Shown here: positions 39,840 to 45,219 of the stretch, in pieces
How positions within the stretch are numbered: the stretch's first letter is position 1
Layout: each line of letters opens with the position of its first letter
Source of the DNA: a virus
Taxonomy: Duplodnaviria; Heunggongvirae; Uroviricota; Caudoviricetes
DNA length: 45,219 nt
Virus record (IMG/VR): IMGVR_UViG_2740892444_000003
Span: 1-45,219 of that record
Reading direction: 5' to 3' (one strand)
The notes under the pieces: generated by a model
What the model was told of the DNA's origin: nothing
The model's input: only the letters and a program-made list of their open reading frames with translations
Database searches by the model: none
Program-made: the position numbers and the translations under genes

Positions 39840-40091
39840 ATGGAGTTTCATGAAAGTGCGATTTGTGATTTTCGCGCTAACGCAAATTCAGTAAAACCAC
39901 AGCCAATTGCAGTTCTTTTTAAAACAATGGGTGCGTGGGCTGTTTTATGCTTCGCCTCTGATGACACTGACGCAAGAATGGCAATAGGCCAAGAGATGGA
40001 GATGGACCCGACAAACGATGAATTCATAATTTATGGCGCTCCATCTAATTACTTACTTGATACCTGCAACATTTACAACAAGGCTGCCTGA
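39840..40091 (+). CDS. Hypothetical protein (83 aa)
   Basis: ATG with GAGGTGAG RBS; early-left operon. Confidence 0.4.
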   Translation: MEFHESAICDFRANANSVKPQPIAVLFKTMGAWAVLCFASDDTDARMAIGQEMEMDPTNDEFIIYGAPSNYLLDTCNIYNKAA

Positions 40092-40227
40092 TGGTGGCCT
40101 TCATTTTTGGCATAAACAACAGAATAAACACTGCACTGTGTATTCATTCCAACGAGTGAATACACGGAGCAATGTCGCTCGTAACTAAACAGGAGCCGAC
40201 TTGTTCTGATTATTGGAAATCTTCTTT

Positions 40228-40252
40228 GCCCTCCAATGTGAGGGCTTTTTTA
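40228..40252 (+). terminator. Intrinsic terminator within the early-left operon (tL1-like)
   Basis: GCCCTC-CAATGT-GAGGGC hairpin followed by TTTTTT. Confidence 0.65.
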
Positions 40253-40317
40253 TATGCATACCAATAACGCTTCAATTGAGGCGTTTTCGTTATGCAATCA
40301 AACAGAAGGAGTTACCC

Positions 40318-40452
40318 ATGATGCACTTTCAGTTCGCGGGTAGCGGCGTCATGTCCGCTTTCTACCCGCACGAATCTGAATTATCACGCCGAGTTAAACA
40401 ATTAATCAGAGCAGCAAAGAAACAACTGGAGGCGTTATGCGCAATGAAATAG
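40318..40452 (+). CDS. cIII: CIII-like protein (44 aa)
   Basis: PHESELSRRVKQLIRAAKKQL resembles the amphipathic helix of lambda CIII (PSESLLERITRKLRDGWKRL). Confidence 0.5.
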   Translation: MMHFQFAGSGVMSAFYPHESELSRRVKQLIRAAKKQLEALCAMK

Positions 40453-40589
40453 CCATCAATCACCAGGTGCTTCGTGCAGCACAAAACAAAGCAGTAATAG
40501 CCAGATTTATTGGTGATTCCAAAATGTGGCTTGAAGCAAATAAAGCGATGAAATCAGCTATCAACCTTCCATGGTATCGCAGGAAATGA
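40437..40589 (+). CDS. Small hypothetical protein (50 aa)
   Basis: Hand-translated (below the track's 60-aa threshold): GGAGG RBS, ATG 40437, MRNEIAINHQVLRAAQNKAVIARF... Confidence 0.3.
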   Translation: MRNEIAINHQVLRAAQNKAVIARFIGDSKMWLEANKAMKSAINLPWYRRK

Positions 40590-40756
40590 GTTTTACAGAT
40601 AACTGGTCAGACGAAGAATTCATTCGTCAGATGAAAGAATTAATCGGTAACGAAGGAGATATTCATGTTACTTGCAACCACAGTGAAGGAGAGCAAGTTA
40701 CAGAGGCGCATGTACACGCAGCAGGCGTTAATGTATCGCCAGAAGGGAGATCGTGA
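40586..40756 (+). CDS. Small hypothetical protein (56 aa)
   Basis: ATG overlapping the upstream stop (ATGA); track ORF begins at 40571. Confidence 0.3.
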   Translation: MSFTDNWSDEEFIRQMKELIGNEGDIHVTCNHSEGEQVTEAHVHAAGVNVSPEGRS

Positions 40757-40845
40757 AGGTGTTCGCGTATTTTTAAATGCGGCAAAGACTGAAGTATTAA
40801 ATCAGCGTTATTTACTTGGGCCGTGTCCATTCTGAGAACAATCAT

Positions 40846-41451
40846 ATGAGCAAAGAATTTTACGCAAGACTGGCAGCTATTCAGGAGAATCTGAACGCGC
40901 CAAAGAATCAGTACAACTCATTCGGTAAATATAAATACAGAAGCTGCGAAGACATTCTTGAAGGCGTTAAGCCGTTACTGAATGGCCTGTTTTTATCAAT
41001 CAGCGATGAAGTTGTGTTGATTGGTGATCGGTATTACGTGAAAGCCACGGCAACTATTACCGATGGCGAAAACAGTCATACAGCAACCGCTCTTGCACGA
41101 GAGGAAGAAAGCAAGAAAGGAATGGATTCTGCACAAGTTACGGGCGCTACAAGCTCTTATGCACGCAAGTATTGCCTCAATGGTTTGTTCGGCATTGATG
41201 ATGCGAAAGATGCAGATACCGACGAGCATAAACATCAGCAGAACGCAGCAGCAAAGCAATCAAAACCATCACCTACACCTGAACAGGTTCTAAAAGCATT
41301 CACTGACGCAGCAATGCAGAAAAACACCGTAGAAGAGCTTAAACAGGCGTTCGCCAAAGCGTGGAAGATGCTCGAAGGCACACCGGAGCAGCACAAAGCG
41401 CAGGACGTTTACAACATCAGACGAGACGAATTAGAAGGGGCAACTGCTTAA
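40846..41451 (+). CDS. erf: Erf-family single-strand annealing recombinase
   Basis: N-terminus MSKEFYARLAAIQENLNAPKNQYNSFGKYKYRSCEDILEGVKPLL recognised as P22 Erf-like. Confidence 0.75.
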   Translation: MSKEFYARLAAIQENLNAPKNQYNSFGKYKYRSCEDILEGVKPLLNGLFLSISDEVVLIGDRYYVKATATITDGENSHTATALAREEESKKGMDSAQVTGATSSYARKYCLNGLFGIDDAKDADTDEHKHQQNAAAKQSKPSPTPEQVLKAFTDAAMQKNTVEELKQAFAKAWKMLEGTPEQHKAQDVYNIRRDELEGATA

Positions 41452-41834
41452 TGGCACATTCGATTACAGTAAGACTAAACAAACCCGCAAGAGAGTTTCA
41501 GGCCGGGGAAAATATCGGATTCAACATCCGTGCTGGCGTTCAGTATTACGATCGCCAGACAAAAAAGAAAGAATGGACAAACTACAGCGCCGTTGTATTT
41601 GCCAAGCCGGGAGCGCGAGCGGATTACTACCGTAGTGTTCTTGTTGAAGGTGGCATTGTGGAAATTACCGGAGAAAACATCAGGGTTGATGTTTATCAGG
41701 GGCAAAATGGTCAATCAATCACTCTTGAATTACTGAATGCAAAGATTGGATTTGCAACTTCAGGAAACAGCCAACAGCAGCAAAGTAGCAATCATCAAAA
41801 TCATCCTGTATACGACGATTCCATCCCATTCTGA
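41451..41834 (+). CDS. Phage single-stranded DNA-binding protein
   Basis: 127-aa OB-fold-like protein ending in the acidic tip DDSIPF (compare E. coli SSB DDDIPF) preceded by a Gln-rich linker; start overlaps the erf stop. Confidence 0.6.
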   Translation: MAHSITVRLNKPAREFQAGENIGFNIRAGVQYYDRQTKKKEWTNYSAVVFAKPGARADYYRSVLVEGGIVEITGENIRVDVYQGQNGQSITLELLNAKIGFATSGNSQQQQSSNHQNHPVYDDSIPF

Positions 41835-41857
41835 TTTAGAAAAATAAGGATTTAATT

Positions 41858-42151
41858 ATGCCAGCGCCTCTGTATGGTGCGGATGACGCGCGCCGCTGTT
41901 CCGGCAATTCCGTATCGGAGGTGCTGGATAAATTCAGAAAAAACTACGATCGGATAATGTCGCTACCGCAGGAAACGAAAGAGGAAAAGGAATTTCGCCA
42001 TTGTATATGGCTTGCAGAGAAAGAAGAACTCGAGCGAATTTACCAGACATCAATCCGACCATTCCGCAAAGCCACATATACCCACTTCCCTGAAATTGAC
42101 CCGCGCCTGCGTAATTACCGCTCACGCTATGGCGCTATCAGTAATGACTGA
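41858..42151 (+). CDS. abc2: Anti-RecBCD protein Abc2
   Basis: 97-aa protein ([31 protein letters not shown]...) recognised as P22 Abc2-like. Confidence 0.7.
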   Translation: MPAPLYGADDARRCSGNSVSEVLDKFRKNYDRIMSLPQETKEEKEFRHCIWLAEKEELERIYQTSIRPFRKATYTHFPEIDPRLRNYRSRYGAISND

Positions 42152-42161
42152 GGAATTTACC

Positions 42162-42329
42162 ATGAGAGGACTTGCATACAATCCCGGCATTCTTCCGGCA
42201 GAAATGATTATTCGCCAACGCGTAAAGCCAATGCCATCGAGAGAGGAATTGCTTAAAAGAAATAGTTTCGGTTCTGTTAATGACAACAAATATCTGAATG
42301 CGATGTTGCGCAAAGGAGGCAACCGGTGA
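42162..42329 (+). CDS. Small hypothetical protein (55 aa)
   Basis: ATG with GAGGAA RBS; track ORF extends upstream in another context. Confidence 0.35.
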   Translation: MRGLAYNPGILPAEMIIRQRVKPMPSREELLKRNSFGSVNDNKYLNAMLRKGGNR

Positions 42330-42459
42330 CTGGACATGCAGCGATCCTCGACATGTGCTGTGGCAGCCGCATGTTCTGGTTAGATAAGAATGACGAACGG
42401 GCGAGATAAGCGATCGGTTAAGTGCTATAGTAATGCGCTTTTGTATTTATGGAGTGAAT

Positions 42460-43158
42460 ATGAAAAATATCATACTGGCATCATTGTTAGTGGCATCGCC
42501 GGGTGCATTTGCAGCCAGCTTTGACTGCCAAAAGGCTTCGACAGCAATCGAACATAAGATCTGCGATAACGAACGGCTGTCAAAATTAGACGAACAGCTT
42601 AGCTCTGCCTATTCTAGTGCCCTCAAAGAAAACCCAGAGAACGCAGACACCCTAAAAATGGTTCAACGTCAGTGGGTAAATATGCGTGGAAAACTCACTG
42701 ATAATAAGGCTCTGGAGCTGGCTTATCTTATCCAAATTAATGGCCTCAAAGGTTTGGGGAGTTCAGTCAGCGTAACAGCGGCCAATGAGATACCCACGTC
42801 GACGCAGAAACATTCTGAAGAGCAGGAAGAAACAAGTAAGGCAGAAGTTAAGTCGGTCAAGAACGGCAATAAGCTAACCTTAGAGTCATTCCGAGCTAAA
42901 TATGTAGAAGTAGATGGTGAGTATTACAGCACGACATCCATTCCTAGAGGCAGTTCGTTCTTGTTCACTTGCGCCAGTCGTATTGCTGATGACCAAGTGA
43001 ATGTTTGGAAGAAACATGCAGCCAAAGAGGGCAAAATCGACCTATTCTTTGAGGTTGAGAATCACTTACACACTGCTATGTTGAACGCCAATTTCCAGAA
43101 GTTGAATTCAGACCCTGCCAAAAGAGGTATTTGTAATCTGATTAACGCAGTGCCGTAA
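42460..43158 (+). CDS. Secreted DUF1311/LprI-like protein (lysozyme-inhibitor-like fold), moron
   Basis: Signal peptide MKNIILASLLVASPGAFA; mature N-terminus FDCQKASTAIEHKICDNERLSKLDEQLSSAY matches the LprI-type pattern (C-x-A-x-T...E..IC...L..LD..L...Y). Confidence 0.55.
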   Translation: MKNIILASLLVASPGAFAASFDCQKASTAIEHKICDNERLSKLDEQLSSAYSSALKENPENADTLKMVQRQWVNMRGKLTDNKALELAYLIQINGLKGLGSSVSVTAANEIPTSTQKHSEEQEETSKAEVKSVKNGNKLTLESFRAKYVEVDGEYYSTTSIPRGSSFLFTCASRIADDQVNVWKKHAAKEGKIDLFFEVENHLHTAMLNANFQKLNSDPAKRGICNLINAVP

Positions 43159-43167
43159 GTAAATTTA

Positions 43168-43197
43168 GGGCCACAGTTGTGGCCTTAAATATTTTTT
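43168..43197 (+). terminator. Intrinsic terminator after the LprI-like gene
   Basis: GGCCACA-loop-TGTGGCC hairpin followed by TTAAATATTTTTTC. Confidence 0.55.
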
Positions 43198-43394
43198 CAG
43201 CCTTTTCTTATTTGTAATAAGCAGTACTTAGTAGTGCTTATAAAACAGAATAAAAAACATATGACTTTGGCGATTACCCAGTAAAGATATTCGAAATAAA
43301 TGTAAATATCGGCAATGAATAACAATCCTCGCACTCGCGGGGATTTCTTTTATCTGAACTCGCTACGGCGAGTTTTGTTTTATGGAGATGATAA

Positions 43395-43562
43395 ATGCAC
43401 TTCCGAGTCACAGGTGAATGGAATGGAGAACCATTCAACAGAGTTATCGAAGCAGAGGACATCAACGACTGCTATGACCACTGGATGATATGGGCGCAGA
43501 TAGCACATGCAGACGTAACCAATATTCGAATTGAAGAACTGAAAGAACACCAAGCCGCCTGA
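43395..43562 (+). CDS. Small hypothetical protein (55 aa)
   Basis: Hand-translated MHFRVTGEWNGEPFNRVIEAEDINDCYDHWMIWAQIAHADVTNIRIEELKEHQAA; followed by a terminator. Confidence 0.35.
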   Translation: MHFRVTGEWNGEPFNRVIEAEDINDCYDHWMIWAQIAHADVTNIRIEELKEHQAA

Positions 43563-43577
43563 TGGCGGTTTTTTATT
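43553..43577 (+). terminator. Intrinsic terminator
   Basis: GCCGCC-TGAT-GGCGG hairpin followed by TTTTTTATT. Confidence 0.55.
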
Positions 43578-43619
43578 GCCTGATTTGCAGGTTCGATTCC
43601 CTATTCGGAGATAGCACTC

Positions 43620-43820
43620 ATGCAACACGAACTACAACCTGATTCACTGGTTGATTTGAAATTCATCATGGCTGATACTGGCTTCGGTAAAACCTTCATT
43701 TATGACCGGATTAAGTCCGGCGACCTGCCAAAAGCCAAAGTTATCCACGGGCGAGCAAGATGGTTATATCGTGACCATTGTGAATTCAAAAATAAGCTCT
43801 TAAGCCGCGCCAATGGGTAA
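43620..43820 (+). CDS. torI: Excisionase / recombination directionality factor (TorI/AlpA family)
   Basis: 66-aa protein (MQHELQPDSLVDLKFIMADTGFGKTFIYDRIKSGDLPKAKV...) recognised as KplE1 TorI; lies ~75 nt inside attR. Confidence 0.75.
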   Translation: MQHELQPDSLVDLKFIMADTGFGKTFIYDRIKSGDLPKAKVIHGRARWLYRDHCEFKNKLLSRANG

Positions 43821-44349
43821 AATAGCGGGTAAAATATTTCTCACATCTAAAAAATACCATTCCAATCAATCCCCTGCTGCCTCAAGTAGATGTCTGCAGG
43901 GGACACCAGATACCCTTCAAACGAAATCTACCTTCACCCCGTAAAAGATGGGTTTGGCAGCACACTTGCCTTATATCTACTCATTTTTACTGCAACAGGT
44001 TGAAATCTCAGCACTGTCAGAAAGCGCTGATGACTAAACAGCCCTGGGCCGGGCGATGTAACCATCACACAGAATCCTGATAGCGAAATATGGCGTGACT
44101 CGATACTTCACTCCGCAATGCATTCCTTGATGAATTCGCAGGACCGTGATACACGGGACAGGTCACTGAATGACGACAATGTCCTGGAAATCAGCGAACC
44201 GCGCATCTGAAGTACATTTGAGCGACTGTACCAGAACATGAATGAGGCGTTTGGATTAGGCGATTATTAGCAGGGCTAAGCATTTTACTATTATTATTTT
44301 CCGGTTGAGGGATATAGAGCTATCGACAACAACCGGAAAAAGTTTACGT

Positions 44350-45219
44350 CTATATTGCTGAAGGTACAGGCGTTTCCATAACTATTTGCTCGCGTTTTTT
44401 ACTCAAGAAGAAAATGCCAAATAGCAACATCAGGCAGACAATACCCGAAATTGCGAAGAAAACTGTCTGGTAGCCTGCGTGGTCAAAGAGTATCCCAGTC
44501 GGCGTTGAAAGCAGCACAATCCCAAGCGAACTGGCAATTTGAAAACCAATCAGAAAGATCGTCGACGACAGGCGCTTATCAAAATTTGCCACGCTGTATT
44601 TGAAGACGGATATGACACAAAGTGGAACCTCAATAGCATGTAACAGCTTCACTAATGAAATAATCCAGGGGTTAACGAACAGCGCGCAGGAAAGGATACG
44701 CAACGCCATAATCACAACACCGATAAGTAATGCATTTTTTGGCCCTACCCGATTCACAAAGAAAGGAATAATCGCCATGCATAGCGCTTCGAGTACCACC
44801 TGGAATGAGTTGAGATAACCATACAGGCGCGTTCCTACATCGTGTGATTCGAATAAACCTGCATAAAAGACAGGAAAAAGTTGTTGATCAAAAATGTTAT
44901 AGAAAGACCACGTCCCCACAATAAATATGACGAAAACCCAGAAGTTTCGATCCTTGAAAACTGCGATAAAATCCTCTTTTTTTACCCCTCCCGCATCCGC
45001 CGCTACGCACTGGTGATCCTTATCTTTAAAACACATGTTGATCATCATAAATACAGCGCCAAATAGCGAGACCAACCAGAAGTTGATATGGGGACTGATA
45101 CTAAAAAATATGCCGGCAAAGAACGCGCCAATAGCATAGCCAAAAGATCCCCAGGCGCGCGCTGTTCCATATTCGAAATGAAAATTTCGCGCCATTTTTT
45201 CGGTGAAGCTGTCAAGCAA
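44350..45219 (-). CDS. cscB: Sucrose:H+ symporter CscB (LacY-family MFS), 3' part; N-terminus lies beyond the window
   Basis: 289-aa C-terminal fragment recognised as CscB; ORF runs to the window edge. Confidence 0.8.
   Translation of the reverse strand: MLDSFTEKMARNFHFEYGTARAWGSFGYAIGAFFAGIFFSISPHINFWLVSLFGAVFMMINMCFKDKDHQCVAADAGGVKKEDFIAVFKDRNFWVFVIFIVGTWSFYNIFDQQLFPVFYAGLFESHDVGTRLYGYLNSFQVVLEALCMAIIPFFVNRVGPKNALLIGVVIMALRILSCALFVNPWIISLVKLLHAIEVPLCVISVFKYSVANFDKRLSSTIFLIGFQIASSLGIVLLSTPTGILFDHAGYQTVFFAISGIVCLMLLFGIFFLSKKREQIVMETPVPSAI

Larger units (their letters stand above)
1069..43908. mobile_element. Integrated mosaic lambdoid prophage (KplE1/CPS-53-like), ~42.8 kb, bounded by 15-bp direct repeats
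   Basis: Identical 15-bp core CTGCAGGGGACACCA at 1069..1083 (argW 3' end) and 43894..43908; integrase next to attL and excisionase next to attR; complete structural, lysis, replication and immunity modules in between. Confidence 0.8.

Noticed and set aside
1-45219. CRISPR arrays, rRNA genes, insertion sequences or transposase genes
   Set aside because: No regularly spaced short direct repeats, no rRNA-like sequence, and no transposase-like ORF or terminal inverted repeats were seen; the only mobile element recognised is the prophage.

Overview
The window looks like an Escherichia coli argW integration hotspot: the 3' end of yfdC, tRNA-Arg (argW), then a ~42.8 kb apparently intact mosaic lambdoid prophage (KplE1/CPS-53-like, about 1069..43908), then the 3' part of the sucrose permease gene cscB. 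All calls rest on reading the supplied ORF translations and the DNA by eye; no searches were run, so family names are recognition from memory. The prophage runs: integrase, gtrA/gtrB/serotype-specific glucosyltransferase, a P2/Mu-type contractile tail and baseplate module, head genes and terminase, a KilA-N moron, a lambda-like lysis cassette (S, R, Rz/Rz1), Q antiterminator, nin-region genes, DnaB-type helicase and O-like initiator with iterons, cII, cro, cI, an N-like antiterminator with nut sites, an Erf/SSB/Abc2 recombination module, and a TorI-type excisionase next to attR. The two most interesting candidate accessory systems are (a) a compositionally distinct two-gene cassette with its own promoter and terminator wedged inside the baseplate operon, encoding a YafO-like toxin with an unrecognised 190-aa partner, and (b) a ClpP-fold serine peptidase plus an overlapping small ORF in the rexAB position downstream of cI. 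Other morons include a secreted protein in the tail operon and an LprI-like periplasmic protein in the early-left operon. Several track coordinates for GTG/TTG-start ORFs disagree with my by-eye indexing by 1 nt, so treat coordinates as good to about ±1-3 nt.
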